64,000 bases of DNA from Paragordius varius (lineage: Eukaryota; Animalia; Nematomorpha): the NCBI GenBank assembly GCA_964247055.1, contig OZ176060.1:620001-684000 (forward strand), given 5' to 3'. Shown in pieces: positions 12,191 to 25,687 of the stretch (positions are counted from its first letter, which is position 1; every line of letters begins with the position of its first letter). The notes under the pieces were generated by a model that searched no databases, was not told where the DNA came from, and was given only the letters and a program-made list of their open reading frames with translations. The translations under genes were made by a program, and so were the position numbers.

Positions 12191-13199
12191 TTTTTAAAAT
12201 AACCAGCCTCCAATTGTTAAAATTAAAGAGGCTAAATGATCTTTCAATGGTTTGTAGAAAAAGTGTGTTTCAGAAATGTTATGTTATGCTTAGTATTCTA
12301 TAAGCTTCTATTAATTTACATATACTAAGGGATGATGTTCAATAACTTATATTGGATGGGCCACATTAAATTTTCCTTCAGATAAATTGTGTTATAACTT
12401 CAAACAGCTTCCCGATTCTTTTATATTGACGTTTTCACATTCCGAATATATACATAAAAATCAGAATTTAATTCTAATAATAAAATTTCATAATTAAAAT
12501 AAAATTGTTAAAAATTCTTAAGAAGGCAATAATCGTTATCAAACGTAAAATCTGATTATTATTATAAATACAACTTTGACGTAATGTTCAGAGCATTAGA
12601 TTGGAGGTGATGTTCTGATATTTAACAAAAAATGATATAATAAAAGTTTTTCTATTATTTTTCCACCAGCTTCGAGGTTGGCGTCCTTTGGTAATAGAAA
12701 AAAAAATTCCAATAATATAAAAAACAATATAAATATCTATAAATATATCAACTAAAAATATATAAAAAAGTACATTGTCTTTTAGATGAACAAATCTGAA
12801 TTGGTATTATATTTTCAATACAAGAAATATACGGTTTAATTGAGCTACACTTGATGTAATTTTTAGTTAAAACCTGGTTTAAACCTTTATTTGAATAGAA
12901 ATATAAAAATAAATAAATTAAAAAATATTTTGGTTATTAATGTGTTTATTTATTTAACCAAATTGTATAAAAAATGACTCAAAATCCAATCTATCACTAA
13001 GGTTTTTTTTGAAAAATACATGGACACAAGAAATAAATCTTAAAAATGATAATCTAGATATACAGAAATATCTCATATATTTTGGAAATATAAGTAGTAA
13101 ATTACATATTTTGTGAAATCAAAACATTTAGCTCATTGCTTTTTCTTAGTTGATAAATTATCGTTAAAAATTTTTCACGATTTCTTAAATAAATGGCAT

Positions 13200-13800
13200 G
13201 TATATTTCCTCTAATTTAAATAACACCTATAAAATTCAAAATTTGGCATGTATTTTAAATTGAAAATAGCAGAGCCGTAAACCTTTACATTAATTAAAGA
13301 GATGGCATATTTTACATTTACATTGGTTAAATATTCACTAACTGACCTATTTTTAACCTAATGAAGTTTTTAAGCATACCATATTTATCTACATATTACT
13401 AAACTATTACCAATATGTCTGTTTAAGTCACCCCAGAATATAAATATTTGGCTATATTAATATTGTTAAAATTTCATTTTATTAATTCAAAAAACGAACT
13501 GAGGAGACACAACTGAAACGTATAAAATATTGGACAAAATTTAAATAATAAAGTTGACTATTTCTGTACCATATTATAGATTCATTTTTGCTTAAACGAA
13601 TATTATAACAATCATTTTGGAATATTTTTTATACTTGAAAGATAGTATTATATAAACTAAAAAAAGTTATTAGTCTGACATAGAAATATTTCATTTTATA
13701 AAAAGTTACAACATTTCCTTTATTAAATCTAACTTTCTTTTAAGAAATATTATTAAGATATACTAAGAACTATATCGTTTTTATTCGCGTATCAAAAATT
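13200..13800 (-). mobile_element. APE-endonuclease (LINE ORF2) relic
   Basis: The minus strand at about 13435-13400 reads FWGDLNRHIGNS, followed by DKYG. It is homologous to blocks at about 19230 and 23255. Confidence 0.45.
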
Positions 13801-15962
13801 ATTAAACTTGAATTTTGTTTGAGGAACAAATTTGTTTAAATTAAATTGACTAATTTCGCAATATAAACATTTATTCGAAAAGGACAGTTTTATTCGCAAA
13901 ATCTATAATTTTTTACAAAATATTATTGGCATGCTGTTACTCATTTTTATTTTATATCAATAAAAATAATTGACTGTTATTTAAAAAGATATGATATCAT
14001 AATTTGTAAAAAATGATTTAAAACAAATATGTATTAAATATATATATATATATTTTAAAATAGATATTTTTTAAAAAACCATTTTTTAATATATAATTAA
14101 CTATATAAAAAATTTAAACCTAAAAATTTTTATAATATTTCAAGAATTAATAAAGTTTTATAAAGCAAATGAAAAAAATTATATTTATTAGTAAAAAATT
14201 ATATTTGTTTTATTTTTAAACCATAAAATAATTGAAAACAAAAATTGAAATATAAAATGAAACGACAGGCGATTTCATTACTTAACGGTTTTTTTGAATT
14301 GTTTTTATTTATTCGAAAAAATATGGCAATTTATTTAAAAAATATGTAATTATATAAAAAAATATTATTAGAAATATATAAAATTTTTATTAATTTTTTT
14401 TATTTATTTGTAAATATTAAATTATCTTTAAATATTATTTATATTCCTCCCGTAATGTATAAGCCATCTTTTTTATGTTTAGTATTGTTATGTATAATAA
14501 CCTCTTTTAGTTAATTTAAACATAACTCACTAGGAATGTATAAAAGTTATGTAAAATGTTAACTGACCACTGACAAATTGACTGAAAAAATAATTATTTA
14601 TGCTAAAAACTGATTAAAACAAAATTTTTATTTTTGTAAAATATTAGTTTTAAATGGCAAAATGTTAAATAAAGATACAATCAATTCTTATTTTACAATA
14701 AATGATATAGAGCTGATATGGGATTAATTAGTATTCGAAAAAATGTGATTGTCTTTTAAAATAATTTTTATGTTTTGACTGTATATTAATTTTTAATATT
14801 ATTATAAACTAAAATAAGATAAATATCCGATCATAAAGTATTATAAATATAATTTATCTTTTTAAAACTAATATGCGCGGCATATAATTTAATTGTAATA
14901 AACATAAGAAAAACTAAAAATATACAATTTCGGATTTATAAATACACTATAATAAATGACCTGCGTATATATCAATGCGGACCTGAAATTTTTAAATAAA
15001 TAATAAACAATTATAATATTTAAATATTTTCTTTAATTTAATCTATACCATTATTTATCTATCTAATAATATTATTCTAAGTCACTGGTTAGGAAAAAAT
15101 TAAAAATTATTTATTGAAAAATTTTAATGAAGGTTTGAACAAGCCTACTTTGGAATATGGCTAAATATAATATTTGTTAAAATAGTTCGAGAGCCATACT
15201 AGTTCGATAATTAAGAATGTAAAAAATTAACAATTAAATATTCATATTAAATTAGATAACTATTTTATTTCAATATATTTGCCATGTATTTATAAAATCG
15301 TATATATCCATACTACGATAAATATAAACATTTATCAACCAATAAAAGCCAAAATTGATGATATCAATCTAAATTTTCAAATTAATAATCTGATCTTTGT
15401 CTAATTATATGAGATATTATTGTAGGATAAATTATATCTGGATATATGTCATTTTTAGTTTATATTTCTTGTTTAGTTCTATCGGTAATTTTATACTACT
15501 TTTTCATTGTTGAAGTCATTTAATATACCATTTTGTATTGTAATGCGTATGTTTATCTTTGTAAAAATAAAATACATCTATATCTCCAAATTTTTTAATT
15601 ATTTTTTTTTTATCTTGGGTTTTCTGTGCATATATTTTATCGTTTTAGTTTCTTAACTGCTTAACGGTTCGACAAGGTTTAAATAATTACTGAAAAAGCG
15701 GGACAGACTGATTGAACCGTAGAGCCTATTTGATAAAAAAAACCTAGAGTATATTTAATATACCCTTTTTATTGTTGGCCACTTCGCATTATTTTGGCCA
15801 GTTGGCAACACAATAACATGTGAATAAAAAACAACAAACGGTGTGAAATATATATTTTTCATATATCACAACATTAATTTTGTTTTTTAATTTATGGACA
15901 AGATTTGTTTTATATTCTACACTACTGTATTGCTAATTAGCCATCAATAAAGTGATACTGGA

Positions 15963-16223
15963 CAGTAAAAATTGAAATATACGGACAAAACGTGAACATA
16001 TAAAGACAATTTTTTCAAAAGACAAACTATATATTTTAGAATCATATCGTATATATAATTAGAATTGTAAAATACAAAATTGATTGTGTTACCAGTAAAG
16101 CTAATTTAGAATCTGCAGTTAAAACAATCAGTTATATTTAGGAAATCAAGATATAATGGTTGTCTTTAAGAAAAAGTATTTGGGTTTGAATTTTTACGTT
16201 TGGTCGTTATTCGATTTTAACTA
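15963..16223. mobile_element. Tc1/pogo-like MITE (family copy)
   Basis: Left TIR cagtaaaaattgaaatatacggacaaaacgtg. The right TIR is degenerate. Confidence 0.55.
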
Positions 16224-16406
16224 CAATATAAATTCTAGAGAAGAAGGTCAAATATCATTCCAAATATTTTATTAACGATGCATTTTGCAATAAACGTCTT
16301 TATAAAATAATATGAATCTCAATATCTTTTATTTACGAAATGGATATTTGAACAAAATATATTTAATGCTACATTTAATATATTATACATGTATTTTATA
16401 AAGTGT

Positions 16407-17227
16407 TCAATTATGTACATTTTTAATATGCCTGACGAGACTGCCTTTTTCGGTATATTCCTTAAGGCAAATCGGACATTTATGTTTAATTTTCTCATGA
16501 ACAGCATGAATATGTGTTGCAAGATACCATTTTTGAGTAAATGCTTTTTTGCAAATTGGACATTCATGTTTAATTTTCTCATGAACCGACTTAATGTGAT
16601 TACCAAGATTGTCTTTGCTAGAAAATATTTTCGAACAGATTTTGCACGAACATTTAACTTGTTCATGAACAGAACGAATATGTCTGGCTAAAACATGTTT
16701 AACCTTATAAATTTTATCACATTCAATACATCGATAACGATTCTCCAAATTTTGAGTGTTTAAGGACTCAATTGGTTTTTCATTCTTATTGTTATCATTA
16801 AATAGATTGTTAATATCATTAAAGCTTATGTCATTGTAATCAACATTTGAACACACCGAAGTAATATCTTTTACATTTTTTGGTGATTTTTTCAGAGAAA
16901 GATCTAAAGGTTCTGTCTGTTCTCCTACCAAATCAATAACTAGGGTATCTTTGTTGGTTTTGGTATCATTTTTATTTTCATAGTCAAAATTATTATTTTG
17001 TTGAGTGTTTTCGCTTTTGTGTTCCCTCAAATAACAAAGGTTATGGAAAGAAGCGTTCAAAATTCTCCGTAAATCATCATTTGTAAAATCTTCATTTTCC
17101 AATAAATTAAGAAATGAGGCCGGTTTAGATGGATCATCAATATATGTTTCTTGTTGATTTTTGAGTTCCACTTTATAAAGCTTAGTATCGAGATCACACC
17201 AAAGTTTGTAAGTCGAGTCGCCGAAAT
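16407..17227 (-). CDS. Main (last) exon of a C2H2 zinc-finger transcription factor with a PLDLS CtBP-binding motif and 4 fingers; the only open copy of the cluster
   Basis: The uninterrupted frame extends from the acceptor ttttttag|AT TTC GGC (AG at 17229-17228) through the listed 254-aa ORF. The ORF track's GTG start is internal, and the exon has no in-frame Met, so an upstream exon is required. It contains TEPLDLSLKK and four C-x2-C-x12-H-x4-H fingers. Confidence 0.8.
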
Positions 17228-18599
17228 CTAAAAAAATTGTGAAAATTAATTATAAAAAATGATTTGTAAATGACGAGTCGAAAATATATACGCCAAAAAC
17301 CGGTTTAATTTAATGACATTAGTTGAATATTACTAAATAAATACAAGAGAAAATGTAAGAAATAAAAAGACAAAAAATTTTCTTAAAAGATTACCATACC
17401 TTTTTAAACATTATTTTTTCCAAATAAATAATTTACTTACGTTCTAAAATATATAATAGATGTTACCACATACTTTTTTAATGTTGCTTTTTTACTTAAA
17501 TATCACGGTTTAGAATTGCCAAGTAAGAATTAGAGATATTTTGATATTTGTCTTTATATATTTAGGTTTTCTCCGTATAATTTTAATTTTTACTGTAATA
17601 TTTGAGTAACTTTGCAAAGATAAACTTTAATTAGACTTAAGAAAAAAAATATGTAAAATAATCTATAAAAAAAACTAAAGGACATTATAAATTAATATTA
17701 ATAAAATCTATACATAATATTTTTTTAAGAAAAGCGTGATAAAATAAGATTAGAAAAATGTTTTAAATAAAAAAAACTAGAATTCATTATTGCATAATCA
17801 GTTAAATTTTATCAATTATCTAATTAAAACGTACATGAATTACATGAGGCAATTTGATTAATAATGAATTTATTGATGAAACATTGGTATATATGGAATT
17901 TAATTTTTTCTATATATTTATTGAAATTATATTTATATGATGAATTTTTAATAAATTATTATTAAAAATAATTATATAAAAATAAAAAATAATAAAAATT
18001 TCAAAATCCATACTCTTTAATATGCTAATATATTTTAAAAAAAAGATGATCTAAATTAAATCAAAAATTCAATTAATAATACATATATATTGTATATTTT
18101 CAAAAATATAATTTATGAAAATAATGATATTGTAAATTATTTAAATATATATATATATATTAATTTAAAATAATTAAATTTTAATAACTATAAATATCAT
18201 ATAATGTATATTTAAATTAAAAAATAAAAATTATACCCATTTTCCAAATAAAATTGAATATTTTTTCGAATAAATAAAAAGCAGACAATTAATAAAAACC
18301 GTTCAAAAAAAATCGTCTGTCGTTTCTTTTTATACTTTTTATATTATTTTAATGGTTTAATTATAATTTTTTAAAAATTAATTTAAATATTTTAAATTAC
18401 ATTTAAAAATAGTTATTTTTAATAACTAGCTTTTAAATTATTGGAATTGTAAAAATATGTATATAACTTCTATTAATCGAAGTTCTGAACGTGATATAAA
18501 TTTTTAAAAATAGGCCCAGATGGCAAACTATATCGCTCTTCTAAAATGTGCTATTCCCCTAAAATTGCGAAAATGCCGAGATTGCGAGATAAAAGTTTT

Positions 18600-19650
18600 A
18601 ATATATGTTAAATTTAGTTACCAAAAATATTTATAAAAAAATGCAAAATTTATTTGAAGCGTGCTTCATACTATTTTGAGGTATGAAGGAAACAGTATAA
18701 AAGTGTTTTAAGATTTAATAAAAACATTTTTTCTACATAATTCAATGATGGTAAACATTTCTATCACCTGAGAATTTTGATTGTAAAATCTGTTAAGTTC
18801 TAAAAATTTATTTAAAATCCCAAAAATCTGAAAGAAACAAATTTTTCTAATAAAAATTCTGAACCGTTCGAAATGATTATCACTATTGAAGTATATAAAA
18901 AAATATTTTTATACCTTATATCGTTGTTATACCCTTTCCATAAAATTATTTTAAAAAACGAATAACAATTTTTGGTCACATTTTTTATCAAATAACAAAA
19001 AAACCTATAAAATCCAAAATTTACATGTATTTTATTTTGAAAATAGCAGAGCCATTAAAAGATGCATTTTAAATTATAATAATGTTGCGAATATTTGGTT
19101 AAAATAAAGTGTTTGTGTTAAAACACTTATTCTTTACAAGGTATATATATTCACTTTTTTTTACTTTTATGAAGTTATTTAAAATAACATATTTATTTCA
19201 TGTATATAACTAAACTATTTCCAATATGTCTGTTTATGTCACTCGGAATATCATCTCTAAACAAATCCAAATTTTCAAAAACTAACTAAGACTAACACAA
19301 CTGCTCGCCTCTGTTTAAATAACACCAAACAAATTTTTAATAATTATGTTGATTATAGCTTTTCTTTTATTTTATCAGCCTCTTTTGCTTAAACCTTTTT
19401 ATAATAATTATTTTATTTGGAATATTTATTATACTAAAGAAATAGTACATTGTAAACTCTAAAAAACTATTAGAATGGAATTTTGAGATAGAACGATTTT
19501 AAGTTTAAATTTAACACCACCTTCTAATATATTATAGCAGCATAATTTTTTAGGAAATTTTTGCACAATGATCTTTAATATTTATTTAAAACTAAAATAT
19601 AGTTAGAATTGAATTTTGCTGAAAAAATTTAAAAACTTATTAATTAACTT
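18600..19650 (-). mobile_element. Decayed LINE ORF2 relic (EN plus linker)
   Basis: The minus strand reads SDINRHIGN at about 19240 and FNSDNHFERFRILLEKLFLSDFWDFK at about 18880-18810. It is homologous to 22630-23390. Confidence 0.4.
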
Positions 19651-21102
19651 CGTGAAATATATTTTATTTAAAAAAGGCTGTTAAGTATAAAATAATAGAG
19701 AGCAAGGGGATCGACTTTTCGAGTCGCATTATTAGCTAATAAATTACGACCGGCTTCATTAGAAATATATATGGGCATTTATAAATAATTGATATGATTA
19801 ACGTAACAAATTTAACAATCATTTTTCATTTTTACTATTTGGATAAATAGACATAAAAAAAATATTCAAGGAATATAAGTTTTACTAAGATTTTGAGAAT
19901 ATGTTTTTGCAAATTATAAATTCTACGTTTTTCTGACCGCACTAAAAGTCTCAGATAGCCGAATGCGACCCTTGGTTTAACAACATTTGATTTTATATTT
20001 AAGATAAATAAATTTTAAATAAACTTCTCTAACCATTTTTCTGGCTTTTTTGCCATTATAATTAACTATCAAAATGTATGATATTAGAATTGCAAAAATG
20101 ATTGAAAAAAATAATTAATTAAATTTTATTAAAAAAATATTTTTTTAAATGAAACATAATTATATTTAATATACTAAATAAATTATCAATAAAAACTGAT
20201 AAAATTGTTAATAAATATAAGTTGGTATTTTTATAATACAATTAGTTATTAAAAATGAACTATTTTTAAATTTAATATAAACTATTTACATTAATTTTAA
20301 AAAAAATATAATTTTTAAACCATTAAAATAATAGAAAAAGTATAAAATGAAACGACAGACGATTTCTTTATTAAACGGTTTTTATTAATTGTCTGCTTTT
20401 CATTTATTCGAAAAAATATTCAAATTTATTTGGAAAATGGGTATATTTTTATTTTACTTTATTTTTAAATATTTTGATTATTTTAAAATATTTTTAATTT
20501 TTCATTTTGAATTATTTGATATCAATACAATTTTTATTAATATCATTATATTCAAACAAAAAATATACAATATGTAAATTTATTGTTAAATTAATTAATA
20601 ATATTTTTGTGATTTAATTAAATAATAATTATATTTTACTAAATTAGCATTTGTTATATATTTATAAACTAAAAATAATATTTTTAAATAATTTTTAGAT
20701 TTGGAAATTTTGTAATTTTTTATTTGATTTATGTAAATTTTTATTAAATTATTTAAAATCATAAAATAAAATCAAAAAATATATAGTTAAATTATTAACA
20801 TTAAATCAATAATCTATTCCAATGTTTAACAATAAATAATTAATAATCATCAAATAACTTATTAAAATTAAATAATTTTTGGCAGATCATATAATAATTC
20901 ATATTTTATTTATTTTTCTAAATTAATTAAATATTTTTAAAATCTTAATTAATCTCTTATATAATACTGTTGCCATTATTGGGGTTCATTGTTTAAAATA
21001 ATTTACTATAAACGACTTTAGCAACCTTATATTAATAAAAGATAATTATTATTTTTGAGTTCCTTTTATTAAAGTTATATTTTCAGAATTTCTCAAATAT
21101 TA

Positions 21103-21359
21103 CAGTAAAAATTGAAATTAAACGAACAAAACGTAAAATATAAAAAAATTTCTTATACTATTTGAATGTATTTATTTAAATGATAACTGAATGTTTTAAC
21201 CTGTAAAGTATAATATAGAGATGTTTGGTAATGCATTCAATTGTCTATATCACAACGTAAGTAAATAATTATTTTGAAAAAATTAATGTTTAAAAAAGTA
21301 TAGTTGTCTTTTTATAAATAATATTTATCTTTTTGTCAGTATAATTCCAATTTTTACTG
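21103..21359. mobile_element. Tc1/pogo-like MITE with TA target duplication
   Basis: ta|CAGTAAAAATTGAAATT...AATTCCAATTTTTACTG|ta. Confidence 0.7.
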
Positions 21360-21477
21360 TATCAGTGATATTTAACTAATGTCTGTTAACTTGATTTTAA
21401 ACCATTTTTTGGAATATGCCATTTGGTTTCATCATTTATAAATTATTTTTCATAATTAAATAAAACATACATTTTAG

Positions 21478-22214
21478 ATTTTGGTGATTCGACTAACAAA
21501 CTTTGGTGTGATCTTGATACTAAACTTTATAAAGTAGAACTCAAAAATCAATAAGAAACTTATATGGATGATCCATCTAAACCGGCCTCATTTCTTGATT
21601 TATTGGAAAATGAAGAATTTACAAACGAAGATTTAAGAAGAATTTTGAACGCTTCTTTCCATAACCTTTGTTATTTAAGGGAACATAAAAGCGAAAATAC
21701 TCAACAAAATAATAATTTAGATTATGAAAATAAAAATGATACCAAAACCAGCAAAGATACCCTATTTATTGATTTGGTAGGAGAACAGACAGAACCTTTA
21801 GATCTTTCGCTGAAAAAACCACCAAAAATTATAAAAGATATTACTTCGGTATGTCCAAATATTGATTCCAATGATATAAGCATGAATGATATTAAAAATC
21901 TATTTAATGATAACAATAATAATGGAAATGGTAGTGAATCTTTAAACTCTTCAAAATTGGAAAATAATTATCGATGTATTCAATGTGATAAGATATATAT
22001 GTATAAAAGCGGCTTGGTAACGCATATTCGTTCGGTTCATGAACAAGTGAAATATCCGTGCAAAATCTGTTAAAAGATATTTTCTTACAAAAGCCTTCTT
22101 GCTAGCCACATTAAGTCGGTTCATGAGAAAATAAAATATGAATGTACGATTTGCAAAAAAGAATTTACTGGAAAAGGCAATCCTACCAAGCATAATAAAA
22201 ATGTACATAATTGA
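21478..22214 (+). pseudogene. C2H2 zinc-finger paralog, copy 4 (3 fingers; in-frame TAA stops), head-to-head with copy 3
   Basis: It has the same acceptor (ttttag|ATTTTGGTGATTCG) as copy 3, CAA->TAA at about 21551, and TCA->TAA at 22071-22073 inside finger 2. PLDLS is intact. Confidence 0.85.
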
Positions 22215-22629
22215 ACACTTTATATTATAATAAATGTAGCATCTGTTTACATAAATGTAATTTTGGTTTAAATTTTATTTTTGCAAATAAAAATTGGGAT
22301 TTAATTCATTTAATGGAGATGTTTTGCATTATGCATTTTCATTTATAAAATATTTAGATAGCTATTTGACCAGTGATCTATTCTAGAGTTTTAATTGTAG
22401 AAAAAATTATGTAGTAATCAATATTATACCAACTAAAAGTAAAAATATAAACACAAAAATTTTTTCCTTTAAGCCATAATTTTATCTTGATTTTCTTGAT
22501 TATCACTGATTGGCATACACTGCAGACACAATTAATTTTTTAACAAATAATATTTAAAGGAAAAATGGATTTGAAAATTTATGGTTGTTTTAAAATTTTT
22601 TTTATATTATTACGATTTGTTCGTATATT

Positions 22630-23390
22630 TTCAAATATCACTGTACTTTCTTGATGCGTACTTTTTACTATTTTTGAGGTATGATAGAAACAGTATATTT
22701 AAGATAATATAAAACACTTTTCTAAATAATTGCATGATGTTAAACATTTGTATCATGGCAGAATTTCCATTAAAAGATCTATTTGTCTTCAAGTTGTATA
22801 TAATTTTTTTCACAATCCCAAAAATTTGAAAGCAAACGAATTTTTCTGATTAAAATTCTTAACCGTTGGAAATGTTTATCACTATTGAATTATTTGGAAA
22901 AAGTTTTTCTTAAAGCGTTTTTATACCCTTTCCAGAAAATTAATTTAAAAAAACGGGTAACAATTTTCGGACAAATTATATTAAATAACAAGCAAACCTA
23001 TTATATCTAAAACTTAGCACGTATTTAAACTTGAAAATAGCAAAGCCTTATATTACCCTTACTTTAATTAAACTGATGGCATATTATTAATTAAGAAGTA
23101 GTATTATAATATTATTAGGGGTAAAAATAAATTAACTGTGTAAATAATTTATTGTTCAAAAAGTATAGATATTCACCCCTTTTTTTACTTTTATAAAGTT
23201 AATAAGCATAAGATTTTAATCATAATAATATTACCAATCTATTACCGATATGTGGGTTTAAGTCACCCCATATATATAAATTTTTGGCTAAATAAAAAAA
23301 AATTTCTAATAATTTAATTATCTAAATTAATTCCATTTTTTTCAAAAAATAACCAAGAAGACTAACACAACTGAAACTCGACTCTTTTTC
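22630..23390 (-). mobile_element. Decayed LINE ORF2 relic (EN plus linker)
   Basis: The minus strand reads WGDLNPHIGN at about 23270-23240. It is homologous to 18600-19650. Confidence 0.4.
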
Positions 23391-24150
23391 CTTGCAAACC
23401 AAAGGGGGATAATGGAATGTGTCGCCTTGGATAAATCTTCCCATTCTTTCTTATTCTCGGGCAAAAACCTGTGGTGTATGGATTGGATATTTATTCATAG
23501 GACCAGACTCAACCTTATCCTTCTTAACAGCAAACCGGGAAGGTTAGACGATACATCTTGCAAAAGGTGCAAGAACTGGATTGAATCTGGATCACATGTA
23601 ATAAATCACTGCCTGATAGACACAGGTATACTCACCGAGCGACACAACAAGGTAGTCGATTACATCAAATCCATCCTACACAAAAAATCCACCGTTATAT
23701 CCGAAAATCAAAGAGTTGGTGATTCTAATTAACGACCTGATCTAATTATAACAGACAATACCAACTGCTACATCATCGATTCGACAATACCATATGAAAA
23801 GAAAATCTCCTCATTAGAGGACGCATATAACAAAAAATTTTATTAATCTGCAATCTATCTAAAACGTACCCAAATGTTAAAATAATTCCTCTAGTTATTA
23901 TAGAAGCCCTAGGCTCGTGGTACCCACCAAACGTCAAACTCTTTGACGCCCTTAAAATCAAATATCCCACCCGTTTTAAACAAGAACTCATCGCAGAAGT
24001 TCTCAAAACCTCCTGCGACATCTCCCATCTGTTCATCAGTGGCAGAAACGTTTAATCTCAACCTGATATTCCCTATAATTGCCTCACCCGTCAACCAGCC
24101 ACCGTGTTCAGGCCAAAGTTAGTCCTATGCAATCTCCCATTCCATCCCTC
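23390..24150 (+). mobile_element. 3' end of an RLE-type non-LTR retrotransposon (CCHC knuckle plus restriction-like endonuclease), decayed
   Basis: ORF 23412-23732 has WIFIHRTRLN...CKRC...ESGSHVINHC...RHNKVV. After one stop it continues RPDLIIT...IIDSTIPYE and ALGSWYPPN. These are hallmark C-terminal motifs of R2/NeSL/Utopia-type ORFs. Confidence 0.85.
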
Positions 24151-24409
24151 CTTCTCTTTATATTCATAATTATTTATTTAAACACTCAGTATTTATCTTA
24201 CAACAAAATATATGATCTTATCTCCTATTCACGCTTTGTCTTCTTTTCCCTAAATATATATATATATATACCATTCTACACAATTAGTATTAACTGTAAT
24301 ATATATTATATGTTATATGTTTCTATATTATCTACAATTAATTCCTGCCCTTGCATTTTTCTTTTACAGCAATGTATTTAAAATATTTAATTATTTAATA
24401 AATTGTAAT

Positions 24410-25230
24410 CAACTTCAACCAGAAAAAAAGCCAAATTTTTAACCAAATTTAGAGCTATATTGGGTTCTGCCCCAATAGCATCGTTTAATAAATTTGCGAC
24501 ACGCTTATATAATATAGTACGTCAAATTAAACAAAACCTCACATTTAATGCCCGACTATTATCCGAAACTCAAACGCCTAGACTCTTCAAGACTTTGACT
24601 CGATATCTCGTGGTTAGCAACAAGTGCCTTATCCACACTCCAAAAACGAAATATTATTCGAAAATTTACAGTAGAGCGCGTCGTCGCATCAAACCAAAGC
24701 CTAACATTTCTTCTTATACAATTTTTGAAATTTAAAATACCGGGACATTGGAAGTTTATACATAAAGCAAGGCTTAACTCATCCTAGTACCCACAAAAAG
24801 CCAAAGCATTTTGACAATCATGATTGCAGTTGCCGGAAACGAGAACCAATGAATCCACAGGCCACATATTCTTGCGTTTTGCCCCAAAAGAAGTGGATTT
24901 ATTAACTTGCGACACACTTATATAATATAGTGTGTTAAATCAAACCAAAAGCTCCCTCCCATCCAATTCCCGACTAATATCCGCCGAAAATCAAACTCCT
25001 CTAGATAAGGACCCGATCTCGTGATGACACTTGTCGATCCAACTTAAACCTACAAGAACAGGCCCCAAGACCTAGACCACGAAGCTCACAATATTAAGAT
25101 AGAAAAGTATCGTCACCTCATAGTTTTATTTTCCGGTTAATTTAACGGGGTTTTTCATTATCCCAATCGTCGTGGGCGCACACTTGGATCATGGCACACT
25201 CCAAAAACGAAAGATTATTAGAATATATTA
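24410..25230 (+). mobile_element. Two further decayed tandem 3'-end fragments of a related RLE-type element
   Basis: WKFIHKARLN at about 24748, HILAFCP at about 24865, gcgacac(a/g)cttatataatatag repeated at about 24496 and 24910, a PDLV-like segment at about 25012, and LGSWH at about 25182. Confidence 0.65.
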
Positions 25231-25497
25231 CAGTAGAAATTGAAATTATACCATGGACCCTTTAAAAATTCAAAGACAAATTTCTTTTAAAAGACAATAC
25301 TTTTTCAAAACCTTTTAATTTATTCTATTAAAATAATTACAATCGTATAATACAACATAAATTGTTTTATTAATTCATGTTTATTTACTTTATAGTTTGA
25401 AACAATGAGTTACAATTCAATTGTATGGTTGTCTTTTAGAAAAAAATATTTGTCTTTATATTTCTAGGTTTTGTTCGTATAATTTAAATTTTTACTG
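25231..25497. mobile_element. Tc1/pogo-like MITE with TA target duplication
   Basis: ta|CAGTAGAAATTGAAATTATA...TATAATTTAAATTTTTACTG|ta. Confidence 0.7.
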
Positions 25498-25687
25498 TAA
25501 TATGAAAAATAAGGAGTCGGAATTAAGAAAAGATATACTCATCGACACCATTCTTTAAAATATTCTTTAAATTTACGAATTCGTAAAACAATAACGCTCA
25601 ATTTTTATCTATATATCATTACTCTTTCATATATCCTTAAATATTTTTACTTTATACTTTATATTTTATTTTATATTTTAATTTTAA

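Noticed and set aside
9630-22214. Possible TAA=Gln genetic code, because three ZNF stops fall at Gln (CAA) positions
   Set aside because: Other stops replace Ser (TCG->TAG, TCA->TAA). The intact genes use CAA for Gln, and TAA alternates with TGA as the stop in the V-ATPase exon copies. C->T decay explains it.
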